24,000 nt of DNA from Promethearchaeota archaeon (GCA_048938445.1 JBHLME010000013.1:19237-43236); one strand, 5' to 3'; shown: positions 13,728 to 23,353, counted from the stretch's first letter. Notes: generated by a model not told the origin, from the letters alone. Program-made: numbers and translations.

Positions 13728-15980
13728 TTGAGCCGAAAAAAAAAGAACTCAGAAGAAGAATACATATTTGAATTTTACGATGAGGATTATGTAGAACCTC
13801 TTGAGAGTGATACATCCCAAATTTCAGAAATCTATAATACTGTAGATTTTGAAGGAAATCTGAATGATGAACAATTGGATATCATAAATAATTTAAATGG
13901 TCCAGTTTTGGTAATTGCTGGAGCAGGCTCAGGAAAAACAAGGACTATTGTATATTCAGTTGCTAAACTTCTCATATCAGGAATCAAACCTGGAGAAATT
14001 ATGCTAGTGACCTTTACTAATAAAGCTGCAAATGAGATGGTAAAACGAGTAGAATTACTTCTCGGAAAAAGACCGAAAGGTATATGGGCAGGAACCTTTC
14101 ACTCAATTGCCAACCGATTCTTAAGAATATACAGCAAGAAAGCAGGTCTAAAACCTAATTATACTATAATGGACCAATCCGATGCAAAAGCTCTTATGAA
14201 ACTTTCAATCGGCTCGGCCAATATAAAAGAAATTAATGAAAGATTTCCCACAGCCGCAATGGTAAAGGACATCCTATCTTATTCTATAAATTGCAATAAA
14301 TCGATTAGAGAAGTGATCGCTTGGAAATATTATCAATTTGATAGTGATAAAGTCATCATGAAAATTAAAGAGGTTCATGATATATATGCCAGAAAAAAAG
14401 CCAATGATGGGCTCCTTGATTTTGATGACTTGCTCGTATTTTGGAATCGATTGCTCGATGAAAAATTCGTTGCACGTTTAATTGCAAGAAAAATAAAATA
14501 CATTCTCGTGGATGAATATCAAGATACTAATTTCATCCAAGATGAGATCATCCATAAAATTGTATCTCAAAATCCTCAGCGAAATGTCCTAGCGGTTGGA
14601 GATGATGCTCAAAGTATTTATGCATTCAGAGGGGCAAATTTTCAAAACATTTTACATTTTGAAAAAAAATATGAGGGGTGCAAGATATTTAAAATAACCT
14701 ATAATTACAGGTCTACACCAGAAATCTTAGAGCTTGCTAATGATTCCATTCAACATAACGAACATCAGTATAAGAAAATAATGAAAACTACTAAATCAAG
14801 GGGATTATTACCCTCTCAAGTTAATGTAGGAACTGAGGAGGACCAAGCACGGTTCATTTCCAATCAAATCTTGAAATTAAGATCAGATGGTTTTGATTTA
14901 AATGAAATCGCAGTCCTTTACAGAGCCGCACATCATTCCATGAAAATTGAGTTGGAACTTCAAGCAAAAAACATACCTTATGAAGTTCGCGCAGGATTGG
15001 CTTTCTTCGAGAGGGCTCACATCAAGGATTTATTAGTTCACTTGAGAATCATAGATAATCCGTATGACGAGATATCTTGGTCTCGCGTATTTAATATTGT
15101 ACCGGGACTTGGGGCAAATTCAGGAACCAAAATATTTCAAATTATATCAAAAAGTGAAAATCCTGCCGCAAAAATTCTTGAAAATGACTTTTTTGCAGTT
15201 CAAATGAAGAGTTCAAGAATTCCAAATATTGGAAAGAAAAACTTGATAGATCATGTAAAATATTTTGTAGATTATGGTTCAGAGGATTCTCCAAAGGAGG
15301 TAATCTTAGATCTTGTAAATTTAATTAAAAATCACGTTAAATCTAATTATAAAGACTGGGAGAATCGAATTGAAGATTTAGAACAATTAGGCGTGTATGC
15401 CCAAAATTATCCTACAATTAGAAAATTTTTGGAAACATTAAGTCTGAATTTATCAAATATCGAATCGCGTGTAGTTAGAGCTGGTGAAAAAGGCATTGAG
15501 GAAAATCCATTAGTTCTGTCAACCATTCATAGAGCAAAAGGACTTGAATGGCGCGTGATATTTATACCAATGCTTTGTGATGATCATTTTCCTTCCAGTA
15601 GAGTAATGGGTGATGAAGAAGCATTTGAAGAGGAACGAAGAGTGTTTTATGTAGCATTGACAAGAGCAAAAGACCAACTATACTTGATTTCTCCCTCGGT
15701 TGTTCAATCTTTTAAGGGAATCCATGCTTCAAGAATCTCAACTTTCATTTCAGAACTACAATCGAAATTGTACCAGAAGGCATTTGTGGATTTTCAAGTT
15801 AATCCAAAGGAACGGCAAATAATTACTAAAAAAGAAAATTCTGAACAGTTTGTATCAGCTTATACACTTATGAATGAAGAGAAAAAATTAGAAAATAGCG
15901 ATGAGAAGAAAGAGAGAATAAAATCTCGAGTTGAAGAAAAATATAGAAACGGGACGTTAAATGGATTTTTACGTGATTAG
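13728..15980 (+). CDS. UvrD/PcrA/Rep-type SF1 ATP-dependent DNA helicase
   Basis: 750 aa. Contains LNDEQLDII...VIAGAGSGKTRT (Walker A), FTNKAANEM, ILVDEYQDTN (motif II), VGDDAQSIYAFRGA, YRS, TIHRAKGLEW and YVALTRAKDQLYL. The start is TTG two codons after an in-frame stop (TAA 13719-13721). No Met precedes the Walker A. Confidence 0.93.
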   Translation: MSRKKKNSEEEYIFEFYDEDYVEPLESDTSQISEIYNTVDFEGNLNDEQLDIINNLNGPVLVIAGAGSGKTRTIVYSVAKLLISGIKPGEIMLVTFTNKAANEMVKRVELLLGKRPKGIWAGTFHSIANRFLRIYSKKAGLKPNYTIMDQSDAKALMKLSIGSANIKEINERFPTAAMVKDILSYSINCNKSIREVIAWKYYQFDSDKVIMKIKEVHDIYARKKANDGLLDFDDLLVFWNRLLDEKFVARLIARKIKYILVDEYQDTNFIQDEIIHKIVSQNPQRNVLAVGDDAQSIYAFRGANFQNILHFEKKYEGCKIFKITYNYRSTPEILELANDSIQHNEHQYKKIMKTTKSRGLLPSQVNVGTEEDQARFISNQILKLRSDGFDLNEIAVLYRAAHHSMKIELELQAKNIPYEVRAGLAFFERAHIKDLLVHLRIIDNPYDEISWSRVFNIVPGLGANSGTKIFQIISKSENPAAKILENDFFAVQMKSSRIPNIGKKNLIDHVKYFVDYGSEDSPKEVILDLVNLIKNHVKSNYKDWENRIEDLEQLGVYAQNYPTIRKFLETLSLNLSNIESRVVRAGEKGIEENPLVLSTIHRAKGLEWRVIFIPMLCDDHFPSSRVMGDEEAFEEERRVFYVALTRAKDQLYLISPSVVQSFKGIHASRISTFISELQSKLYQKAFVDFQVNPKERQIITKKENSEQFVSAYTLMNEEKKLENSDEKKERIKSRVEEKYRNGTLNGFLRD

Positions 15981-18265
15981 GCTTGTTTTAACAATATTAT
16001 AAAATTACTTCCCTTAGAATAATCTCCCTTGATTCTATCTTCCACCCAAATCTTACCTTCATGGTTCTCAATAACTTTTTTGACTAAAGAGAGCCCCACA
16101 CCCATCCCTCCACCTAACTGGCTTTTATATAATCCTTTAAAGATTTTTTCTTTATCTTTATCTGATATCCCTTCACCATTATCAATGAACTCAAATTTAA
16201 TCCAATTGGTCTTTTTATTTCTCTCTTGAGAAACTTTAATTTGTATTAATTTAACTGGATGATTATTATGTTTTATGGCGTTTATTAAAATATTTTCAAA
16301 AATATCCATTAATAAATCATTTCCATAAACCTTTACATTTTCACTTTCATATTCTTTTCGAATGTTAATTTCTTCTTTAGGAAAAATATTAAGAATATAT
16401 TCTATTCTTTCCTCTAAAACTTTAATTGGATCTATTTTTTTTAACGTGATTTTATATTTTTCTATTTCAGAAAGTTTATGCACGTTTGAAACCAAGTTAG
16501 CACCTCTGCTTATTTGCTCCTCAACGATTCCATGTAATTCTCTTATCCCTTCAATGTTTTTTGGATCCTTTAGATAATATGTGCTTAATTCTATAGATGA
16601 TCTAATATTTTGGAGGATATTATTCATGTCATGTGCAATGAGATCTTTATATAGACTTGCTTGATTATAAGCCTCTCGGTATCTCTCTTCAGTTTGTTTT
16701 TGTAAAGATATGTCAGAGGTTACCTCAACTGCTCCAAATACTTCACCCTCTTCATTTTTTACTGGAAATGCTTTAACTTTCCAAAATTTTCCATCAGGGG
16801 AAGTGATTTGACCAGAAGTTTCCATACCCGTATTTATGGCTTCTCTTGTAGGACAATTTTCACAAATCTCTCCTCTATTATGCCACAATTCATAACATTT
16901 TTGTCCTACTAATTCATTTGGTTCCTTTTTTAAAAAATCCGCAGCAGTTTTATTTATCCAAATGACATTATTATGAGTATCTTGAAATATTATATGCTCT
17001 GAAATGTTGTCTAAAATCAATGCCTTTTCTTTTTCTGCTTTTTTTAAACTTTCTTCTGCTAGTTTACGTTTTGTAATGTCTCTAGCTATTGAAATGAGCT
17101 TAGGTTCTCCATCACTTCCCGTAAATCTTTTATTGATAGCCTCTACCCATACATCATATCCTTTTTTATGTTTTAGTCTCACTCGTGCATTAAATTCTTT
17201 ATCTAAAATGAGAAAACCTTTATCTAAAATTTCATTAATATTATCTATTTTATCTCTATCTTCGGGATGTACAAAATCCCAAATATTCTTTCCTATTAAA
17301 TCATCAGGTTTATAACCCAAGATTTTGAAATGTGCTTCTTCATTTATATATTCATGCTTGAAATCTTTATTAAAAACAGCAATTAAGTCATTTGCATTTT
17401 CAGATATTAAACGATATTTTTCTTCAGAATCTTTTAGCTCCTTTGTTCTCTTTTCTACCAGGTTTTCTAATTTTTTGGTTAAATTTTTTAATTCCTCTTC
17501 TACTTCTTTACGTTTATTAATATTTAATACCATTGAACGTGATTCTAAAATATTCCCTTCTTTGTCTAATATTGGTTTTATTGATAAGCTAACCCATATC
17601 TTTTCTCCGCTCTTTTTTTTCATTTGAAGTTCATTTTCTACGAAATGCTCTCCGTCTAATATTTTTTTAAGAGTCTTTTTTGCTTTTTGTCTATCTTCCT
17701 TGGTGGTCGCATACAAGTCATAAAACTTCATTTTTAAAAGTTCTTTTTTAGAATATCCTAATAAAAGCTCTGCTGCTTTATTGCATTGTTTTATTACATC
17801 ATCTTTTCCCACGGAAAAGTATGATATTGGTGCTTCTTCATATAAATCTCGGTATTTTTTTTCCGCTAAAGTAAGATCAGTAATATCTTCTCCTGAACCT
17901 AATATGCCTACCAGATTTTTTTCTTCATCATATAAAATACTATTATGCCATGAAATTATCCTTTCTTTGCCATTTTTAGTCAAGATAGGATTTATATAAT
18001 ACTCATGAGGTTCTAATTCTCCTTGAAGTAATCCATTAAAAGTTTTAGTTACTCCATCTCGAGCATCTTGAGGTATACAGGTTTCAAACCAGTTTTTACC
18101 AATTAATTCTCCTTCTTTGTATTCTAAGACTTCTTGAGCTTTCTTGTTTATGAGTATGATGTCTCCTTTTTTATCTAAAGTGACCATTAAAGTGCCAGCT
18201 AAATCCAAATAAGCCTTTAATTTTTCTTTTTCTTTTTTAATCCTGTTTTCTGTGACTTCCTCCAT
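15977..18265 (-). CDS. soluble sensor histidine kinase (4 PAS + HisKA + HATPase_c)
   Basis: 762 aa. Four PAS-like units at about residues 20-130, 140-250, 285-400 and 415-525. H-box IAHDMNNILQNIR, N-box NILINAIKHN, G1 DNGEGIS, G2 GGGMGVGLSLV, and tail GKIWVEDRIKGDYSKGSNF. Confidence 0.9.
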   Translation of the reverse strand: MEEVTENRIKKEKEKLKAYLDLAGTLMVTLDKKGDIILINKKAQEVLEYKEGELIGKNWFETCIPQDARDGVTKTFNGLLQGELEPHEYYINPILTKNGKERIISWHNSILYDEEKNLVGILGSGEDITDLTLAEKKYRDLYEEAPISYFSVGKDDVIKQCNKAAELLLGYSKKELLKMKFYDLYATTKEDRQKAKKTLKKILDGEHFVENELQMKKKSGEKIWVSLSIKPILDKEGNILESRSMVLNINKRKEVEEELKNLTKKLENLVEKRTKELKDSEEKYRLISENANDLIAVFNKDFKHEYINEEAHFKILGYKPDDLIGKNIWDFVHPEDRDKIDNINEILDKGFLILDKEFNARVRLKHKKGYDVWVEAINKRFTGSDGEPKLISIARDITKRKLAEESLKKAEKEKALILDNISEHIIFQDTHNNVIWINKTAADFLKKEPNELVGQKCYELWHNRGEICENCPTREAINTGMETSGQITSPDGKFWKVKAFPVKNEEGEVFGAVEVTSDISLQKQTEERYREAYNQASLYKDLIAHDMNNILQNIRSSIELSTYYLKDPKNIEGIRELHGIVEEQISRGANLVSNVHKLSEIEKYKITLKKIDPIKVLEERIEYILNIFPKEEINIRKEYESENVKVYGNDLLMDIFENILINAIKHNNHPVKLIQIKVSQERNKKTNWIKFEFIDNGEGISDKDKEKIFKGLYKSQLGGGMGVGLSLVKKVIENHEGKIWVEDRIKGDYSKGSNFIILLKQA

Positions 18266-18478
18266 TCTTAATTCATTGTCTCTTGGTATTAGCTGATAAA
18301 TAATTTATTTGTTTAAAAGAAAGGCTTTTTAGATTGTGCAAGTAACTATAATTAGTAAATAGCTTATTTACAATATTGTCAAGGAAGTTTAAAAAGGTTT
18401 TCGATTTTTCAATTAATAATTTTTAAAATATACCCGTAATTATCACTATATTTTAAGATCTAAACTAAATCATTGCAA

Positions 18479-21295
18479 TTATGATAAAAGATTGTCTGAT
18501 CGCTCTTTAAACAAATTATTGATCATTATTGTAATTGAATTGTTGTTCATTCTTCTAATTTGTTCTTGAAGAAGTAGATCAACTTTCATGTTTTCAAGAT
18601 TATTTTTAATAGTTTTTAAATTATGACGATTTTTGATTATATTTTGTGTTTGTTTGAGATGTGGAGCAATACTCTTGTTTAAATTTGTATCAAATTCTGA
18701 ATCAAAATAAATTTCATATATTAAATTGTCGAGGATATATCTATCATAAAAATCTATAATCTCTATCTCATTTGGATGAAATTTGTTGAGAAATAAAAGG
18801 AAATCTACTACAATTGACACATTTTTTTGAACTTCTTTATCAACTTTTTTAATTGGTATCGTTTCAATAAAGGATTTAGTTATATTCACCGTAAACTCAG
18901 AACGATTGCTATAGTTAAGAAGATAAAATCCATTAATTAATTTGGAGTTCAAGATAGCTAATATATACTTAATATCATAAGCTACATTTTCAATTAAGGG
19001 GGGATTATTCAGAATGATTGCATTGACTGATGCAAAGAAGTAGTGTTGTTCATCATCATAAGTAACACGTAAGGGATAAATTCCTCCTCCGATTCTTTGC
19101 ATTAATAATTTTTCAGGTGCTTCATGAACATGCTTCGCTCTTGCCCTATGTAATCGAGAACGATCATAAATAATATATTGTCCATCAGGCCAGTTAATTT
19201 TATAGCGATCGATATTTTTTCCCCGAAGAAGTTTTTTAGCACTAAGATTTCCCGAATCTTTTGTAAAAAGATCATCTTTTTTTCTTGTAACTAGCCCTTC
19301 AAGAATTTCAGAGGTTATATCTCCTAACTCAAACGTATCACATTTCATTTTATTAAAAATCTGCTCGAATTGGTCATTTACGTGTATGTTATAGCAACAT
19401 ATTACATTATCAAGAAACCTTTCTTGATTAATTTCATGTTTTAAATATTCTTGATTTAATAAATTCCTAATGGCATGCTTGATAGATGATTTTTCTTTTA
19501 CTCTTTCATTTACTTTTTTGAGAACTATTATAATTGTAGATGTCGTGACATCTTTGAATATACTTCTCCCCAAATCTACAATTTCTTCTATATGTGTATG
19601 ATCTAAGATATGTTGTCTTATAATGTCATTTGTTGAGGTGCGTAATAGAGTATTGGGAATAATATAACCCAACTTCCCTTCTATCTTGAGAAGTTCAATA
19701 GATCGAATTAAAAATAAGCTAAATGCGTTTAATTTACCTGATTGTATGGCCTTCCCTTTTGTAAGAGGTTGATAATTTTTTAAATAGCGCGCTTTTAAAA
19801 ACTTTCTTTCAAACCTTCCAAATTTCATTCCCCTAGTAAAAACATAAGGTGGATTGCCAATAATAATATCAAAACCACCATCTCGTAAAATTGGTTCAAA
19901 TTCAAAATTCCAATGGAATAATTGATGTCTAAGTATTTCGTCTTTTCCAAAATTATAATTAATCTCTTTAAGCTCAAGTTGAATAACATTGGCAAATTTT
20001 TTATTAATAAATTTAATAAAATTTTCTCGAATAATGGCTAGAACTTGTTTTAAAATTATTGCATCTTCATTTGAATCTTCAATATATATGTTTTTTAATT
20101 CATGGTATGCCTTTATTTGTTCGGTAAAATTTATGGTAGTTAATTTACTAAAAATCTTTAAGATCAATGTTGCTCTTTCAGGATTAACTAAATTAACTAA
20201 TTTATTTATCAATGACTCAATTTCCTCATTTAAAATTATAAGTGGTTCATCAAGAAATTTTTCACGATTCCATCCTACGAGAGAATTCCCTGATATGATA
20301 TTAAATTCTAAATTTGGGAGAACTATCTTTTTCTCCTCTATAGAATGACTTGATAATAACCATAGTATTAATCTTAATTTCGTGATCTTTATAGTATTGG
20401 AATTAATATCTATTCCATACAAGTTATTGATGGCTATCTCATGCTTGATATCATAATCCTCTCTTGAAATTCTTAGTTTGGAATTAAAAAAAGTAATTAA
20501 ATTAAATATAATTTTAGCAACTTTAATTAAAAATACACCAGTTCCACAAGAAGGATCGAGTATTTTAATTTTATTCAAAGTCTTTAAAATTTCTTTTATA
20601 ATATTTTCATTGCCTTCCTCATGGAATATCTCATAAATTTGAAACACCTCATCACCTCTAAAACCTAATTTATTTAATAGAAATGAATAAATAGTTCTTT
20701 TACAAATATAATCTGAAATTTCTGGTGGTGTATAAAAAACACCTTTAGATTTTTTCAAACCTCTAGAAATAAGTCTTTCGTGAAGGTATCCTAAGATATC
20801 TGGTGTAATAATTTTATTTGAATAACTTAAATTTTTGATCTTAAACTTATCCTCATCTATGATCCAATTAAATTCATTTAAAAAATTAAATAATTTCATC
20901 CAATCTTGTTTATTGAAATTTATTTTCAAGTTTCTCTCAATATCATTCAAAGAGAATAAATTTCCTTTAAAATATGGATAAATTATATGATAATCATTAA
21001 TAGTTATATCTCTTTTAAGTGGATCTCCGAAATATGAAAAAAAATTATTAAAATTTTTTAAAAATGATCCATTGTTCATTATCTCATTAGAAAAAAATTT
21101 TTTACCTGAAATCGAGGAGCCATTTACCTTTATGAGGTTATTATCACATAGAAAATAACTAAAAATGATTCTATCAAATAGATTTTGAACGATTTTTGAC
21201 TTATTATATTGATCTATATTCCCATTAACATTATTAACTAATTCAATGAAGAAGTTCTCAAATCTCTTAAAGAAGAACGTATGGTTATTAATCAT
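18479..21295 (-). CDS. Eco57I/PglX-like gamma-class N6-adenine DNA methyltransferase with TaqI-like C-terminal specificity domain; no nuclease domain
   Basis: 938 aa. Motif X GVFYTPPEISDYI at about residue 185, motif I ILDPSCGTGVFL, FHWNFEF...GFDIIIGNPPYV (NPPY, i.e. m6A), and the TRD hallmark YILAILNSKLINGFY. The N-terminal 185 aa match only the helical connector (LFDRIIFSYFL..., ITPDILGYLHERL). Confidence 0.85.
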   Translation of the reverse strand: MINNHTFFFKRFENFFIELVNNVNGNIDQYNKSKIVQNLFDRIIFSYFLCDNNLIKVNGSSISGKKFFSNEIMNNGSFLKNFNNFFSYFGDPLKRDITINDYHIIYPYFKGNLFSLNDIERNLKINFNKQDWMKLFNFLNEFNWIIDEDKFKIKNLSYSNKIITPDILGYLHERLISRGLKKSKGVFYTPPEISDYICKRTIYSFLLNKLGFRGDEVFQIYEIFHEEGNENIIKEILKTLNKIKILDPSCGTGVFLIKVAKIIFNLITFFNSKLRISREDYDIKHEIAINNLYGIDINSNTIKITKLRLILWLLSSHSIEEKKIVLPNLEFNIISGNSLVGWNREKFLDEPLIILNEEIESLINKLVNLVNPERATLILKIFSKLTTINFTEQIKAYHELKNIYIEDSNEDAIILKQVLAIIRENFIKFINKKFANVIQLELKEINYNFGKDEILRHQLFHWNFEFEPILRDGGFDIIIGNPPYVFTRGMKFGRFERKFLKARYLKNYQPLTKGKAIQSGKLNAFSLFLIRSIELLKIEGKLGYIIPNTLLRTSTNDIIRQHILDHTHIEEIVDLGRSIFKDVTTSTIIIVLKKVNERVKEKSSIKHAIRNLLNQEYLKHEINQERFLDNVICCYNIHVNDQFEQIFNKMKCDTFELGDITSEILEGLVTRKKDDLFTKDSGNLSAKKLLRGKNIDRYKINWPDGQYIIYDRSRLHRARAKHVHEAPEKLLMQRIGGGIYPLRVTYDDEQHYFFASVNAIILNNPPLIENVAYDIKYILAILNSKLINGFYLLNYSNRSEFTVNITKSFIETIPIKKVDKEVQKNVSIVVDFLLFLNKFHPNEIEIIDFYDRYILDNLIYEIYFDSEFDTNLNKSIAPHLKQTQNIIKNRHNLKTIKNNLENMKVDLLLQEQIRRMNNNSITIMINNLFKERSDNLLS

Positions 21296-21395
21296 TTCTT
21301 CAATTCCATTATACTAAAATATGAATTCTTATTTCTATGATAAATAACATAGATGACAATAATTCCAACTTATACTGTATAGATTAAAAAGCAAT

Positions 21396-22244
21396 TTATT
21401 TTTTTTTTATTTTATCCCAATAATGAGGAGAGTAGCGGCGATCGATATATAACTTATATAAGGCTAAATCGTTTTTATTTATCTTTGGTATTCGTGATTC
21501 TTTCTGAAGTTGGTCTATGAAATCTGCTCTAGAAATATCATAATAAAACTCCAGAATATCTTTCGCATTTTCGGCGATATTAATAAGTTTTGAGACTTCT
21601 TGTTGTAGAATGATTAATTGTTCATTTTTTACGATAATTTCGAGTGCTTTTCTTACAATAGTTTCTTCAAATTTTATTTTTTCTTTCCATGGAATTTGTA
21701 TTATATTTTCAGGAGATTCGATAATGAACGCTCCATCTTCATTATTTATGACATCATCTATATCAGATTTTTCTATAAAATTAATTGGAATCGAGGAAGT
21801 TTTAGATTTCTCTGGAAAAATTTTATCGAAATAATTATCTATAATATTAACAGAACCTTCATTTAACTCGTTCTTGACAATGAAAATAGAATAACTAAAA
21901 ATTTTTGCATGTAATAAATAAGTAAAACCAATTTCTCCAAACATATCAATATAGTCACTCAATGATAAAATATCTTTTGTAATTTGTTTTTGTTCTTCCT
22001 GTGGACCCTTTAAATACTCTATTCTCTCGTATCCTCTTACATTTCCCTTGGTGTCAATAAGAACTATGAATTGGTGCTCTTTACAGATTGCACCAGCCGG
22101 TACTTGAATTTTGACGACACCCCATTTTTTGTGAGAATAAACTGAAACCGGGACGTTGATATTACCTACAGCCTTACAAAATGGGCATGAAATTTCTAAA
22201 GTATTTGTGTTATCTGCCATGAGAATTTTAAGCCTTATAAACAT
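21396..22244 (-). CDS. uncharacterised protein with N-terminal CPxC Zn-module (paralog B)
   Basis: 282 aa as listed. N-terminus is SCPFCK-x30-CKEH-QFIVLIDTKGNVRGYERIE, the same module as 2931-3563. The more likely start is the second Met (MADNTN..., complement of 22218-22220), which gives an N-terminal length like paralog A. A 17-bp palindrome at 22243-22259 overlaps the first ATG. Confidence 0.65.
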   Translation of the reverse strand: MFIRLKILMADNTNTLEISCPFCKAVGNINVPVSVYSHKKWGVVKIQVPAGAICKEHQFIVLIDTKGNVRGYERIEYLKGPQEEQKQITKDILSLSDYIDMFGEIGFTYLLHAKIFSYSIFIVKNELNEGSVNIIDNYFDKIFPEKSKTSSIPINFIEKSDIDDVINNEDGAFIIESPENIIQIPWKEKIKFEETIVRKALEIIVKNEQLIILQQEVSKLINIAENAKDILEFYYDISRADFIDQLQKESRIPKINKNDLALYKLYIDRRYSPHYWDKIKKK

Positions 22245-22401
22245 TAGATTATATCTAATACTATATTGATCCCCTTATAAAAATTTTCTCATTCTTACAA
22301 GATTTTCATATTTGGGGTGACATTCTCTTTTTAAAATTCATAATTATCATTGGTTAATGAAAAATTATTAAAAATATTTCATACTATCATTTATTTATAT
22401 A

Positions 22402-23265
22402 ATGTCTGGATTGGACTCAGAAGTGTATATATCGGAGATATTTTCATCATTTCAAGGTGAAGGAGGTACTGTTAGGGGGAGTTGTTTTGGAAAACGTCAA
22501 ATTTTCATTAGGTATCAAGGATGTAATTTATTTAGGGGTGAATTTGGATCTCATGGCTGTTTTTGGTGTGATTCACCTCAAGCACGAGATCTACAACAAG
22601 ACACGTTTCAGTATGAAATCGAACCTAATTCCCAAAAATTAAAAAAAGGAAAAAATCCAATCAAAATTTCAATAATTATAGATATAATTAGAAGTTTGAT
22701 AACACGAGATTTACATTCCATAAGCTTTACTGGTGGTGAACCTTTATATCAAAAAGAACTAGTGGTAAATTTATCCAAAACTCTAAAGAAGCAAGGAATA
22801 AATTATCCATTGTATTTAGAAACAAATGGTTCAATTAAGATTGATGATGATATGATAAGTCAGCTCGCTAATAACTTTAGTTATTGCTGTTGTGACATCA
22901 AGGACAAAAGTTCTAGGGCAGCATCGAATGAAATGTATAATAATTTAATAAAGGCGGAATTAAGCTTTTTAAAAAAATTTGTAGATTTAGACGTGGATAC
23001 ATTTGCAAAATTAGTCATAACATCCCAAACTGAAATGAAAGAGATTGAATTAATAAGTAAACAACTTTCAAAAATACAATATTCTGATGGACAAGTGATA
23101 GGATTGGCAATACAACCCGTTACTCTCGAAGAAGAAGAAAAAAGTAATAAATACTCTATTTCTCTTGAATTTTTAAATGATGTATTCCAAGCTGCAGCCT
23201 CTTTCATTCCTACCGAGAGCTTGACATTATCAATTCAGGCACACAAATATCTCAAACTCCTTTAA
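22402..23265 (+). CDS. queE: 7-carboxy-7-deazaguanine synthase (radical SAM)
   Basis: N-terminal ISEIFSSFQGEGGTVRG...IFIRYQGCNLF...GCFWCDSP, the SAM-binding SFTGGEPL, and YLETNGS. The 287 aa is longer than typical QueE. Confidence 0.85.
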   Translation: MSGLDSEVYISEIFSSFQGEGGTVRGSCFGKRQIFIRYQGCNLFRGEFGSHGCFWCDSPQARDLQQDTFQYEIEPNSQKLKKGKNPIKISIIIDIIRSLITRDLHSISFTGGEPLYQKELVVNLSKTLKKQGINYPLYLETNGSIKIDDDMISQLANNFSYCCCDIKDKSSRAASNEMYNNLIKAELSFLKKFVDLDVDTFAKLVITSQTEMKEIELISKQLSKIQYSDGQVIGLAIQPVTLEEEEKSNKYSISLEFLNDVFQAAASFIPTESLTLSIQAHKYLKLL

Positions 23266-23353
23266 TTATATTATAATGTTTAGGAGCATAAACTATAACA
23301 ATTATGAATAATTCTTAATAGTAATTAAAGATTATATAGCAAATTGATTTTTA

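Noticed and set aside
16029-17999. + strand ORFs 16029-16229, 16362-16577, 17004-17315, 17325-17627 and 17781-17999
   Set aside because: All are antisense to the 4-PAS kinase CDS, and their S/L/F-rich translations are typical of antisense to K/E-rich coding sequence.
19989-20348. 119-aa + strand ORF
   Set aside because: It is antisense within the Eco57I-like methyltransferase CDS.
21610-21866. Two overlapping + strand ORFs (74 and 82 aa)
   Set aside because: They are antisense to the Zn-module protein B CDS and have low-complexity products.
22457-23207. ORFs 22457-22642 (+, alternative frame) and 22881-23207 (-)
   Set aside because: Both are inside queE, whose frame is fixed by the radical-SAM and GGE motifs.
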